DNA from: a virus
Length of the DNA: 64,000 nt
IMG/VR virus record: IMGVR_UViG_3300037808_000364
Location: 48,445-112,444 of that record
Strand: one strand, 5' to 3'
Shown here: piece after piece, positions 29,241 to 39,269 of the stretch
Layout: each line of letters opens with the position of its first letter
Position numbering within the stretch: position 1 is the stretch's first letter
Program-made: the position numbers and the translations under genes
The notes under the pieces: generated by a model
Told to the model about the DNA's origin: nothing
Seen by the model: only the letters and a program-made list of their open reading frames with translations
Databases searched by the model: none

Positions 29241-30248
29241 TTAGAATGAGCCTAGGATAATGCGTCGATTATCGAGCACACCAAAGCCCAGTTCAGCCCA
29301 GCCGTAGTATCCAACACGTTGGCTACGGTGCAGGGTTGGGTCTTCGAAGACTTGCAGTTCTTGCTTCATTGGCATAATGAAGCTGTCTGTAGAGCCTTGA
29401 TCCAGACCAACAACCAGTTCGAGGTCAGCCGCCTGAACAGCACCACCAAGACCAGTTGTGAAGAAATCCTGATATTCTTGGCCTTCACCAAATTCATCAA
29501 GATCGTGCAGGTTCACGCCGTAGATACGGGTGATAGGAGCACCACCTTCGCTCGCGGTGTAGATCTCACGACGAGTTACTTCGTCAATCTGATCCAGACC
29601 CCAGTTACGTACATCTTCCAGTGCTTCTGGAGAAACATACATATCTGTCAGTCGACCACGGTTTGCAGAACCGGTGTTTCCACCAGCGTTACGACGCATA
29701 GTTGTCTGCATAAGAGAAACAAGTCTCTTACTGAACAGACCAGCAGTAGCATCGCCATCGTAAACCAAGATGTTACGGTCAACAGCAGCAGCCAGAAGGG
29801 TATGCCAACCGTCATCGTTGATTTTCTTAACAAATCCAGCTTGCATTACCTGAGAGGCACGAGCAGCAACGTCCCAACGAGCTTCACGAGCATAACGCAG
29901 CAAGTAGTCAATACTTGACGTGATACCGTAAGTCGGGATCGTCACGTAGTCACTTTCAACTGAACGCTCAGGAATGCGACCATGTCCGGGATTAGTGAAA
30001 GCAACGTGCTCTCCTTCAAGACCCGGTGAAATCATGTCAAGAGGATACTCCGTAGAGGCTCCCGGCTCGACACTGATTGTCTCGAAGATATCTCCGAGAA
30101 TATTACCAACAAGAACACCTTTACGCAAAGGAAGTTCGAGTGCTTTTGCCATTTGACGTTGAGCAGCTTGAGCAACGTCTTGATCTTGGTTGCCAGTCTT
30201 TTTATACAGACTGATAAACTGATCGTCTGGTCTTTCTGTGAACGACAT
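29241..30248 (-). CDS. Major capsid protein (HK97-like fold)
   Basis: 335 aa. Position after portal, scaffold and decoration genes; highly expressed-type codon usage; followed by a terminator; C-terminal GYYGWAELGFGVLD pattern typical of capsid proteins. Confidence 0.8.
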   Translation of the reverse strand: MSFTERPDDQFISLYKKTGNQDQDVAQAAQRQMAKALELPLRKGVLVGNILGDIFETISVEPGASTEYPLDMISPGLEGEHVAFTNPGHGRIPERSVESDYVTIPTYGITSSIDYLLRYAREARWDVAARASQVMQAGFVKKINDDGWHTLLAAAVDRNILVYDGDATAGLFSKRLVSLMQTTMRRNAGGNTGSANRGRLTDMYVSPEALEDVRNWGLDQIDEVTRREIYTASEGGAPITRIYGVNLHDLDEFGEGQEYQDFFTTGLGGAVQAADLELVVGLDQGSTDSFIMPMKQELQVFEDPTLHRSQRVGYYGWAELGFGVLDNRRIILGSF

Positions 30249-30263
30249 ATTCAGTCTCCTTTA

Positions 30264-30752
30264 TTAGTTAGCACCGTGGTTAGGAAGGTTAACATAAACT
30301 TTGGCATAGCCATCAGCATCCTTAGCGGACATGAATCGGCCAATAGCCAAGTTTCCAGAAGCCGTTGCATCAGCAGCTACATTGGCGATTTCGCCAGATG
30401 TTTCTGATGCGAAAGCTACATCTCCGGGAGAAGGACTTCCGGTGACATTGCTGGTTACAACCCAGCCACGCTTGAGGATCGTTACCTTTCCACCTTTCTG
30501 AACTTCATTCTTGTAGAAATTCAAGTGTGTTCGAGTAAGATCTTTGTTAACAACGTCATTCAAAAGAATCCCTACGGGAACGTCTGTAGTAGAAGCGGCC
30601 TGATATGAAACGGTGTTGTCACCTTGATCCATAGCAGCACCAGAAGCACTTAAAACGTCCAGACAAGCTACACCACCACGAGTGGCTACACCTGCTGTGT
30701 AGAAGTAACTGATGTCAGTTGATTCTTCATATCTATCTGCTTTGAGAGCCAT
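30264..30752 (-). CDS. Capsid decoration/cement protein
   Basis: 162 aa between scaffold and capsid genes; P.GILLNDV...G.VT...G.V pattern. Confidence 0.6.
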   Translation of the reverse strand: MALKADRYEESTDISYFYTAGVATRGGVACLDVLSASGAAMDQGDNTVSYQAASTTDVPVGILLNDVVNKDLTRTHLNFYKNEVQKGGKVTILKRGWVVTSNVTGSPSPGDVAFASETSGEIANVAADATASGNLAIGRFMSAKDADGYAKVYVNLPNHGAN

Positions 30753-30769
30753 ATTAGTTTCTCCTTTAT

Positions 30770-32266
30770 TTACTTAGAAGTTAATACGTGAGTACCAAAC
30801 CATTCTGAAATGCTAGCCTGAGCCTTTACAGCCTCATCTTCACTATCGTTGCCAACATTCAGTTCTGCTTCTGAAGATTCCACATCGTCAAGAGCGTCAG
30901 TTGCCGCTTCTTCTGATGCTTCTGCGTCTTCATCTGCTTTAGCGTCTTTTTTCTTGTCTTTTTTCTTGTCATCCTTGTCGTCCTTGTCGTCGTCTCCCTT
31001 CTTTTTGAAGTTGTCAAAATTAGCTTTGTTCTTAACCATCGCTACGATGGAATCAAAAGCGTCATCATCAAGAGCGTCGAAAGAACCAAGAGTTTCGCTG
31101 ACTTCATCTTCATTCAGTCCAGCTTCAACAAGAGCAGCTTTACGCTTTTCTGCTTTCTCTTTTTGCTTCATTTCGGTCATATGTTGCTCCGCTGTAGTCA
31201 GAGCCTCTTTAGAAGTTGCAAGAGCATCTTCCAGTTCAGCAACACGAGCTTGTGTTGACTTAATCGTTTCGCTTAGTTCGTCAATAGACGCCTGAGCCTG
31301 CTTTGCAGCAGCTTCATACGCTTCAACTTTCGTAGCAAATTCCGTGTCTTTCGCTTCTTCAATTTTGGCTTTCACAACTTCGATCTGAGACTTAGCTTTT
31401 GCAAGCTCCGCCTTAGTTTCAGAAAGCTGATCTTCCAGTAACGTCTGATCTGACATATTAACTTCTCCTATTGAAAGTTTTGAATCAGTATTCTTCACGT
31501 GAAAAGATGCCGTACTCTTACTGTTTAGTATTACACTTCTGGGATTAGCGGGCTTAGATACCAATCCTTTTCCAGAGAACGCAATATTAGACAAAGCACG
31601 ACCTATTTTGTATCCCTCATATTCACCAGTTCCACCGTAAGCCCTAAGATGTTTGGTTAAGAATGCAGAAGCCTCATCTCGTGTGAGGATTTTCTTAACA
31701 CCGTTGGGATCGATCAAAGCGTAATCAAATCCAGCGAAGAGGCACTCCATAGAGACGTACCACTTGCCCCCTGGGATCTCAATGAGAATCTTATCCATAC
31801 GCTCGCGATTTTCTTCCTCGGCCCAACTATTATAAAGGACCGCTTGAGTGATAATATCAAACTCTTGCGGCCTATTAGCTTCGTCTTCGTCACTTGAAAC
31901 AGCTTGTCCATCTTTGGTTAAAATGTAGCTGCCAGTTATGTGCCCAATGATATCATTCTCATTGTGCATAAAGTTGAATTGTTTGTCTTCAGGTGTATTT
32001 CTAGCTGCCCAAGTGTTTTCGGGAGTAAAAATATCATCGTTCTTATTCCATCCCGTGGAAACAAGAACCGCTTCAAGATAAAAAAGGTCACGCTGATCTT
32101 TGTTCTCAGCTATGACCTTAGTAAGCACTTCCGGGTTGGAAATAATAGATTTCGTATTCTCCATAGTATCTGAATGGAGAGATACGGGCGAACAATAGGC
32201 TACACTAGCCGTACTCTTGACCAGTTCGCCAATACCGTCAGCAATTTCCCGTTGAAATATCTTCAT
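30770..32266 (-). CDS. Prohead protease-scaffold fusion
   Basis: 498 aa. N-terminal N.NDD.F, H....IIGH, VSMEC and F.G.GLV.KPA protease-like motifs; C-terminal acidic coiled coil with a possible internal start (MSDQ, GGAG upstream). Confidence 0.7.
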   Translation of the reverse strand: MKIFQREIADGIGELVKSTASVAYCSPVSLHSDTMENTKSIISNPEVLTKVIAENKDQRDLFYLEAVLVSTGWNKNDDIFTPENTWAARNTPEDKQFNFMHNENDIIGHITGSYILTKDGQAVSSDEDEANRPQEFDIITQAVLYNSWAEEENRERMDKILIEIPGGKWYVSMECLFAGFDYALIDPNGVKKILTRDEASAFLTKHLRAYGGTGEYEGYKIGRALSNIAFSGKGLVSKPANPRSVILNSKSTASFHVKNTDSKLSIGEVNMSDQTLLEDQLSETKAELAKAKSQIEVVKAKIEEAKDTEFATKVEAYEAAAKQAQASIDELSETIKSTQARVAELEDALATSKEALTTAEQHMTEMKQKEKAEKRKAALVEAGLNEDEVSETLGSFDALDDDAFDSIVAMVKNKANFDNFKKKGDDDKDDKDDKKKDKKKDAKADEDAEASEEAATDALDDVESSEAELNVGNDSEDEAVKAQASISEWFGTHVLTSK

Positions 32267-32284
32267 ATGTTTTTACCTCATCAC

Positions 32285-32297
32285 ATTATACACAAAA
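32285..32297 (-). promoter_or_regulatory. Putative late promoter TTTTGTGTATAAT
   Basis: Recurrent motif about 19 bp upstream of the scaffold ATG; no -35 hexamer. Confidence 0.6.
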
Positions 32298-32344
32298 GAG
32301 AAAAATTTTTACGAAAAAGGTCAATTTTCACTGAATTAACATGG

Positions 32345-34372
32345 CTAAGACTTTAGGCAGTAACCAATATACAGCCCAACAATAGAGCTATCATATTCCT
32401 GCATAGAGTTATTTTCCAGTGAAATACCAGCATTTTCTACCTGTGTAAGAAGAACCTGTGGTGCTGGAGCGTTAGCAGCTAAGACCTTTTGTATTACTTG
32501 GTTGTTCACCTTGGTCATTATGGGGATATTCGAGAGTACACGTAGTTTGATATCCGCAATCTCTTGCACTTGTGCCTTAGTTAACTGTCTCTTATTTTTC
32601 TTTCCTACGTAGGCCAAATACCCATTAGCAATATCGTCTAATGAATGGTAGGTGTTGAAAGCCCATGCTGACAACTCTGCAACCCCCGGCTTGCTTTTTG
32701 GCGTGTCTACACGTTTCTTACGTTTGTTAGTATCCATCTTATTCTGTGGCCTACCACCCTGAGGTGCCGCTGGTTTAGGTTTATTCTTTTCTTTCTCCAC
32801 GGCAACTTTCTCAGTAATCTCACCCTGACGGTCAATCTTCTCCATATCTTTTTCGTGAAGATCGTCAGATTCAGGCTGATGGAATGGGCCAGCTTTTGGT
32901 GGCATTTTGTCCTTATCTCTAGCTTTGTCTTCACGTTGTAGACGTACCTTTTCAACTCCGGGTACTTCTTTGAATCTCTCAAGAACCGTTTCATTGGAGA
33001 TAATATCTCGGTCTGCTAGTTGAATAAGAAGGTTTTTCTCCGCCGCTTCGTCAGATAAACTCATCTGGTCATATACAATAGTAGCTGGCTTACGGAAACC
33101 CATAGCCTTACGGACGTATTCTACTTCCTTCTCCCAAAACCCTGTTAAATGATCTCTACCATACTGTAGACGTTCTGTCAGAGTTTTTAGAGATATGAAG
33201 TTATTAGTGAATCCGCCACCATTGCCAGCTAGACCAGTTAATGTTGGGGGAACACCTAGACCAGCAAATATACTATTCAAAACCGCTTGGTACTTCTCAG
33301 ACCCTAGGAATTTGTATACTTGAGAGTTACTTTCCGTGAAAGAAAGTTCTGGACCCCAAACTAGCTCCATAGTCCCTCCTCCAGTGTTTGAGGCAAGGAT
33401 ATTTCTGAGCTTGTTAATACCAGCTTTTGTTGGTAAAACCTTATGTTCAAAGTTTCCAAGCGTCCAAACCCTAATATTGGAGATTGCACCATCCAAAGCA
33501 GCAAGGTCGGCCAGCTTCATTTTCTCAAGCATGACGATGTCATCGAGAATAGCGTAGACCATTGGATGTGCCCAGTCTTGCCAGTCATCCTTTTTGTAGT
33601 AGCCGACACACAGCTTCTCAGGGTCTAGCTCAATCTTTTGCTGATTCTCGTTAATAGCTCTTTTTACTTCTGGAGGTAGAGATTCCAGAACATTCATTGG
33701 TAAAGAGTTATTCTTCTTGAAATTATCAAGGAAAGCATCGGCGGAGAGTTGGTAGTTTCTTTTTCCTAGAAAGAGGTTGATATTACCGTCTTTCATATCC
33801 AAAGCGAGTGGATTGAGGAAATTATAACGCCAAGGCAGGCTATTCTTCTGAACCTTGGGTGTCTCGACAGCGATGTCGGCGGCTAGCGTTTTAAGGTATT
33901 TCTGTACCTTTGGGGTGATGTCTGCGTAGGACTTGTAGACAAACACATTACCAGTTCGGTATAGATTGTTGAGGTAGCGTTCTGAACGCTCTTTACCATC
34001 AATCCTCTTAAACCACTGTTGATAGAACTTCTCTACGCTTTTGTTTTCGTGTACAAGACTTATGCCCTGACAACCGAAATCCCCCATCAAATCAATAACG
34101 TTACGGACTATACCCACCTTATCGTAGGCATCCATACACATCTTGATAATGCGTTTCTGCTTTCTGGGAATCTGCTCCTCTGGCCTGAAGGAGTAATAAT
34201 CACTACTGGTAAAACTGGGTTTAACGGAGCGGTTTGGCTCTACGTCAAGAAAATCCCTATGATAAGCTCTGGAAACACCATCGTAGGCTTCGTGTACGCC
34301 CGCAAATTCTTCGAATGCTTTAGCTTTGCCGGTAGCGTCACCGTCACTCCACGTTGATACATAGTTAGCCAT
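32345..34372 (-). CDS. Portal protein
   Basis: 675 aa directly downstream of TerL and upstream of protease and capsid; GLGVP..L.G motif; charged C-terminal tail. Confidence 0.75.
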   Translation of the reverse strand: MANYVSTWSDGDATGKAKAFEEFAGVHEAYDGVSRAYHRDFLDVEPNRSVKPSFTSSDYYSFRPEEQIPRKQKRIIKMCMDAYDKVGIVRNVIDLMGDFGCQGISLVHENKSVEKFYQQWFKRIDGKERSERYLNNLYRTGNVFVYKSYADITPKVQKYLKTLAADIAVETPKVQKNSLPWRYNFLNPLALDMKDGNINLFLGKRNYQLSADAFLDNFKKNNSLPMNVLESLPPEVKRAINENQQKIELDPEKLCVGYYKKDDWQDWAHPMVYAILDDIVMLEKMKLADLAALDGAISNIRVWTLGNFEHKVLPTKAGINKLRNILASNTGGGTMELVWGPELSFTESNSQVYKFLGSEKYQAVLNSIFAGLGVPPTLTGLAGNGGGFTNNFISLKTLTERLQYGRDHLTGFWEKEVEYVRKAMGFRKPATIVYDQMSLSDEAAEKNLLIQLADRDIISNETVLERFKEVPGVEKVRLQREDKARDKDKMPPKAGPFHQPESDDLHEKDMEKIDRQGEITEKVAVEKEKNKPKPAAPQGGRPQNKMDTNKRKKRVDTPKSKPGVAELSAWAFNTYHSLDDIANGYLAYVGKKNKRQLTKAQVQEIADIKLRVLSNIPIMTKVNNQVIQKVLAANAPAPQVLLTQVENAGISLENNSMQEYDSSIVGLYIGYCLKS

Positions 34373-34417
34373 CTATCATCCCCTGTTGTAGTCAGACTGT
34401 AATTGAATTACTATCTA

Positions 34418-34430
34418 ACTATACACAAAA
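34418..34430 (-). promoter_or_regulatory. Putative late promoter TTTTGTGTATAGT
   Basis: Recurrent motif between TerL and portal. Confidence 0.55.
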
Positions 34431-34432
34431 GA

Positions 34433-36433
34433 TTAATAAATGTCCGACATATTATCAGTAAACCATGAAGGTCCGGTAAATAACTTACCCTTAGCGTTCT
34501 TATCTTGGTCTACAGTGGCAAAACCGCCGTAGAACTCATAAGCCTCTTGGTCTGGGGTTCGGGCTATAATACGAGCGGCCATGTTAGCCATTATGAGTGA
34601 AGAATAACGGTCTTTCCTCAGCTTACCCTTCTTGCCAGTATCTATGACCGTCTCAGGAGTATCCCACTTACCACGCCCAGATGGGGTCTCTGTCATCTTA
34701 ATCATAGTCAACTCATCTTTGAGATCCTCAATTTCGAGAACACACTGCTCTAGGGTGTCGTAGTGACGCTCCTTCATATTGTCCTCTATACTGGAGAGGC
34801 CGAGGCTTACGGCGTCAAACATTGGGAATAATATAATTTTGTCTTCCATGTCTTTTCGGAGACCGTGATTAGCTTCTGACAACCAATCATAGTTAGCAAA
34901 CTGGCACATCTCTAGAATGTGTAGTCCTCTCTCACCGTCAGTATCCTTCTCTTTGTCTTCATCTATAACTTCCCAGATAGGAATCTCTCCAGATTTGACC
35001 TTATCCTTATCATGTAGGGCTTCCATTACGGCTATACCCCCACCCTGTGCATCTAGGGCTATATGAACACATGGGAAGATTGTCATTAGATCTCTTATTC
35101 TTCTGGCACAGTAGGAGTAGAAATCAGTTTCGCTGGAGTATCCGCTCTTAAGACGCTCCCTATGTTGCTCCCTATTAGTGGTCCAACAGTGAACAATCCT
35201 ACGTTGACTACCGTTTATCTCAATAACCACAATGCTAAAGTTGTCAACCTCAGAAGCGGGGTCTACCCCATACACATACCTACACATAGGGTCTCCCATC
35301 AACTTAGCCTGAAAACAGATGGGTTCCTGTTTTTGGTCAAGAATAGGGGGTCTATCATGATAGTCGTCTGTAACCACACATGACTCGATCAGGGTACGCT
35401 TGAAGAAGCCCTGAGAATCGCGTGTAAAGCACGCTCCGAACTCCATCTGATATATTCCAGCGTGGACCGTAGCCTTCGACCTAGCGACCTGTGAGGCGTC
35501 CATGAAGCCCTCTGGGAGTAGCTCATAGGGCACCCTCATAATAGAATAATCTTCCCACTCAAAGTCTTTAGGAGGATCTTCCCCTCCAAAGACATCGCGT
35601 AGCTTGTCCTTTCGACCCTTACTCTTTATGATAGTCTTCCACTTCTTCCAGTATTCAGCAAAATGGTTAAAGTCATAATAGGCCGTACCAGAGAGGATAA
35701 TCTGGTTATTTTTGTTTCCCAGTGCATTCTCTTCTTCATCCCCCACATCCATGCCTAACTCTATAGCCCTCTTCCTCATAGCAATTCTACGAACATTTTC
35801 CACGGGATTAGCAACAACCGCAGCAAACCCTGCCACAACCGTTTCAAAAATTTCTCTGGGTATGGAAGCAAATTCATCAGAAACGATATCGTTAGCACGC
35901 TGACCACGAATTTTAGTACCATCACCAAGTGGTAAACAAGTAATACGAGATTGGTTGATACGCATAACACAACGGTCTACATCACGTCTCGGCCCACTAT
36001 TGGAATCGCACATACTTCTCAGTACGGGGGCGTTACTCCAGATAGTTTCCATATACTCAAACAAAACCTTAGACTGTCGGAAGGCAGCACCCACAACGAC
36101 AACCTTACGGCTTGGCATCAATAATGCCCTCATCATAACATAAAGAGATAGTATGAAAGATTTACCAAATCCACGACTAGCGATCAACATTGGAAATCGC
36201 CTATTCCACATCTCACACAAAAACAACGCTTGAGAGGGGAGAATATCAATATTGAAAATATGCTTACATATGAATGAAAAATACTCTGGTCTAGACATTA
36301 ACCAGATTAGCTTGTAATTACAATCATCATCTCTAAAATTTATGAGATCCATTGGGTTGAAGAGATTCTCTGTGGAGATATCATCTAAGTTCAACCAAGC
36401 ATCGTTTATGTTTTTTAACTTTACATTACTCAT
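34433..36433 (-). CDS. terL: Terminase large subunit
   Basis: Walker A ASRGFGKS, Walker B IVSDE, motif III LSGT, RNase H-like nuclease motifs YGVDPAS, IALDAQGGG, KDRYS. Confidence 0.9.
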   Translation of the reverse strand: MSNVKLKNINDAWLNLDDISTENLFNPMDLINFRDDDCNYKLIWLMSRPEYFSFICKHIFNIDILPSQALFLCEMWNRRFPMLIASRGFGKSFILSLYVMMRALLMPSRKVVVVGAAFRQSKVLFEYMETIWSNAPVLRSMCDSNSGPRRDVDRCVMRINQSRITCLPLGDGTKIRGQRANDIVSDEFASIPREIFETVVAGFAAVVANPVENVRRIAMRKRAIELGMDVGDEEENALGNKNNQIILSGTAYYDFNHFAEYWKKWKTIIKSKGRKDKLRDVFGGEDPPKDFEWEDYSIMRVPYELLPEGFMDASQVARSKATVHAGIYQMEFGACFTRDSQGFFKRTLIESCVVTDDYHDRPPILDQKQEPICFQAKLMGDPMCRYVYGVDPASEVDNFSIVVIEINGSQRRIVHCWTTNREQHRERLKSGYSSETDFYSYCARRIRDLMTIFPCVHIALDAQGGGIAVMEALHDKDKVKSGEIPIWEVIDEDKEKDTDGERGLHILEMCQFANYDWLSEANHGLRKDMEDKIILFPMFDAVSLGLSSIEDNMKERHYDTLEQCVLEIEDLKDELTMIKMTETPSGRGKWDTPETVIDTGKKGKLRKDRYSSLIMANMAARIIARTPDQEAYEFYGGFATVDQDKNAKGKLFTGPSWFTDNMSDIY

Positions 36434-36440
36434 CTGTAAC

Positions 36441-37097
36441 CTACTGTTTGAGACTGTCTATCGTTGGATATAGGTCGGAATTTATTACATGGTCTGCGAA
36501 TCCGTGATACACCGTCTCTTCTGAGTTGAGGTACCAATCGCCGTCTTTGAATTTCCTTTTGAGTAAGTTTTTAACCTTCTCATGTGTTGGCTCTGTGTAT
36601 TTTGCTTTGATATATGGACTTTCCAACATATGGTCTGCGTAGATGTCCATCATGTACTCCGCCTCTCTTTTTTCAAAGCTAGCTGCCTTTTGTACGTTTT
36701 GATAAGTACCGTCATAACCGCTACTGCCATAGTGGCACATAAAGTAGGAGTTGGGCATCATAACACGCCTATCTGCTGCCTGTAAAATAATACTACTCAT
36801 GGACTCTGCTTGCCCATAAACGAGAATAGTAACAAATGACTGACATATAGATATAGCATCAAAGATAGCCATACCATCAGCCCATTCACCACCAATACTG
36901 TGCATATGTATGAGAATGGGTTTTTTGTTCTGACTATCTAACAGACGGATATTCTTATAGAAGGTACTTGCCATTCTATAGTCTACCCCCGGATCTTCAT
37001 CCGTGTTTCCGACGTAGCTGTGTAGATATATCTCCCTATTACGAAAATCAATACCGTATGAATTGATGTCAGATATTGGATCTACATTTAGACTCAC
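36441..37097 (-). CDS. ClpP-like (S14) serine protease
   Basis: HSIGG, GQAESMSSII (catalytic Ser), RRVMMPNSYFMCH (His), DWYLNSEE..HGFAD motifs. Confidence 0.85.
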   Translation of the reverse strand: MSLNVDPISDINSYGIDFRNREIYLHSYVGNTDEDPGVDYRMASTFYKNIRLLDSQNKKPILIHMHSIGGEWADGMAIFDAISICQSFVTILVYGQAESMSSIILQAADRRVMMPNSYFMCHYGSSGYDGTYQNVQKAASFEKREAEYMMDIYADHMLESPYIKAKYTEPTHEKVKNLLKRKFKDGDWYLNSEETVYHGFADHVINSDLYPTIDSLKQ

Positions 37098-37603
37098 TTT
37101 TTTCTCCCTACTGAATAGTATTCGTTCACACGCTTTAGGATACTATTGATGGTGAGCTTCGCGTTTTTACGGTTTCCACAAAAGATAACGTGGATATTAT
37201 CGTACATCTGAAACTCTATTAACATCTTGAGCATGTATTTGTTCGTGATAACAATTGAATCCCACTTTTTCTTGGGAATATCAGAGCTTTCTGGAAAGTC
37301 CATAACGTCTTCCAAGGTAAACTCCAGAATGATAAATCTAAAAGGAAACTCCTTTATCCTTTTGATCTCATCCATGAACCTATGCTTATCTTTCCCTAAG
37401 TTAATAGCCAACTCAGAGATACTACCCTTACGCTCTATACATAATTTGTCCTCAAGCCCTACTAGGGAATAGTCACCAGTGTCTAGTTTACGAACAACCA
37501 TACCCTCACATGAGGTATAGCGTCCATTGAATTTCTCGAAGGTATAACCCTCTTGTTCCCGCGTGTCCTTAATGACCGTATATGGGGGTGCTTTACTTGG
37601 CAT
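37094..37603 (-). CDS. ERCC4/XPF-domain nuclease
   Basis: IKDTREQ, LDTGDYS, IERKGS signature motifs. Confidence 0.85.
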   Translation of the reverse strand: MPSKAPPYTVIKDTREQEGYTFEKFNGRYTSCEGMVVRKLDTGDYSLVGLEDKLCIERKGSISELAINLGKDKHRFMDEIKRIKEFPFRFIILEFTLEDVMDFPESSDIPKKKWDSIVITNKYMLKMLIEFQMYDNIHVIFCGNRKNAKLTINSILKRVNEYYSVGRKK

Positions 37604-37871
37604 TTTTCCTTACTATCTCCATGAATAATGGTTCGTACATGTGTTCACAGTCCTTGATCTCCGCATGACAATCCCAACATAGGGTAATCCCATTGTAGGT
37701 GTCATATCTCAACGCTGAGGCGGTAGACCACTTCTTTATATGGTGAGCTTGAATACTTCTCTTACGACCACACTTTTTCTTACCTTTGGGCATTTGACAT
37801 CTGAATTTGTCCCGTTTATAGACTCGCATACGCCACTCTTTGTATACAGGGTCTTCATAATTCCTTTTCAC
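37593..37871 (-). CDS. Small HNH endonuclease
   Basis: WR..V..RD.F.CQ...C......AHHI......LRY...NGITLC..CH. Confidence 0.85.
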   Translation of the reverse strand: MKRNYEDPVYKEWRMRVYKRDKFRCQMPKGKKKCGRKRSIQAHHIKKWSTASALRYDTYNGITLCWDCHAEIKDCEHMYEPLFMEIVRKNAK

Positions 37872-38118
37872 CTTTGCAAAATACCTTTGTAATCTTGATG
37901 TCGTGTTGAACTCTTTTGAGCAACTGTGCCGTTTCTAACGATTCTTCTTGTCTTAATAACATCTCAGAGAACTTACAAAACATGAAATAGCAAGCATCGT
38001 CCGGATTGTCAGCCTCTATGAAGATAATAGGATATAGACAGTTAAACTCCCTAAGACGAAACCGCTTGAGTTGCCCTAAAGCGGTTGTCATATCTAGTTT
38101 GACGGTGTAGATCTTCAT
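37855..38118 (-). CDS. Hypothetical protein
   Basis: 87-aa ORF overlapping both neighbours. Confidence 0.6.
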   Translation of the reverse strand: MKIYTVKLDMTTALGQLKRFRLREFNCLYPIIFIEADNPDDACYFMFCKFSEMLLRQEESLETAQLLKRVQHDIKITKVFCKGEKEL

Positions 38119-39269
38119 TTTAGATCACTATTCACCATCATTATTATAAGGTCTTCGAAGGAATGTTTAGGGGTCCAACCAAGTTCTTTCTTAGCCTTGT
38201 CGTTTTTACCCTTTAGGTAATCCACTTCTGCTGGCCTGTAAAACTCAGGGTCTTGTACAACTAGGTTACTCCAGTCATCAATTCCCACGGATGAAAAGGC
38301 CACGTCTAGGAACTCGCGAATCGTATGAGTCTCGCCGGTGCAGACAACATAGTCCTGTGGACTGTCCTTTTGCAGCATCATCCACATCGCTTCCACGTAA
38401 TCTCCTGCGTACCCCCAATCTCGAAATGCTTCCAAGTTACCTAGACGCAGCTTAGGAAAACGGCTATTGTTCGGACCATAAATGTAGTCCGATTCGGGTA
38501 ACCCCTGAACCATAGGATCGTCTTCTGGATTTACTTCGTTTTTCCATTTTGCATATTCTCCTATCCACTTGGTGATCTTACGAGTGACAAAGTCCTCACC
38601 CCTACGTGGTCCCTCATGATTGAATAATATACCCGCACTGGCGTGCATACCATAAGCCTCCCTAAATAGCCTAGTCATGTGGTGTGCCGCACACTTGGCG
38701 ATGGCATAGGGGCTTTGCGGCATGAATTTGGTATCTTCATCTTGATATTTTACCTCTATTGGAGGAGGAGGGTTTCTACGTGCCTCATGTTCTTCTGGAG
38801 ACATTGCGTCGTACATTATGCCTGAGGTAATTGGTGGAAGGTAATCCTCACCCTCATATGTAATATCATAGCTTTTACCATACATCTCACTCGAACTAGC
38901 CTGATAGAACCTAGCCTGAATCCTAACGTCTACCATCGACTGTAGAATATTAAGACAACCCTTACCGGTGATATCCCAAGTCAAAGCTGGCTGTTTAAAC
39001 GAGATAGCTACGTGACTCTGAGCGGCTAAATTGTAGATTTCATCTACATCTTCGTATTTCTTAAGTATAGATAAAACACTATGAGTGTCCGTGATGTCGC
39101 CCTGAACCAACTCGAACCTTGGATTCGTAAGGATATGTTTGATTCTTTGTGTATTGTCCGTACTGGCTCGCCGTGCTACCCCAACTACAGTATAACCCTT
39201 AAGTAATAGTAAATCAGAGAGGTGACTCCCATCCTGACCCGTAACGCCGAAAATGATTGCGGTTTTCAT
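38115..39269 (-). CDS. gmd: GDP-mannose 4,6-dehydratase
   Basis: GVTGQDGS, NLAAQSHV, YQASSSE, PQSPYAIAK, GILFNHE.PRRG..FVTRKI, LGNL.A.RDWG.A.DYV..MW, RPAEV. Start placed at MKTAIIFG. Confidence 0.95.
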   Translation of the reverse strand: MKTAIIFGVTGQDGSHLSDLLLLKGYTVVGVARRASTDNTQRIKHILTNPRFELVQGDITDTHSVLSILKKYEDVDEIYNLAAQSHVAISFKQPALTWDITGKGCLNILQSMVDVRIQARFYQASSSEMYGKSYDITYEGEDYLPPITSGIMYDAMSPEEHEARRNPPPPIEVKYQDEDTKFMPQSPYAIAKCAAHHMTRLFREAYGMHASAGILFNHEGPRRGEDFVTRKITKWIGEYAKWKNEVNPEDDPMVQGLPESDYIYGPNNSRFPKLRLGNLEAFRDWGYAGDYVEAMWMMLQKDSPQDYVVCTGETHTIREFLDVAFSSVGIDDWSNLVVQDPEFYRPAEVDYLKGKNDKAKKELGWTPKHSFEDLIIMMVNSDLK

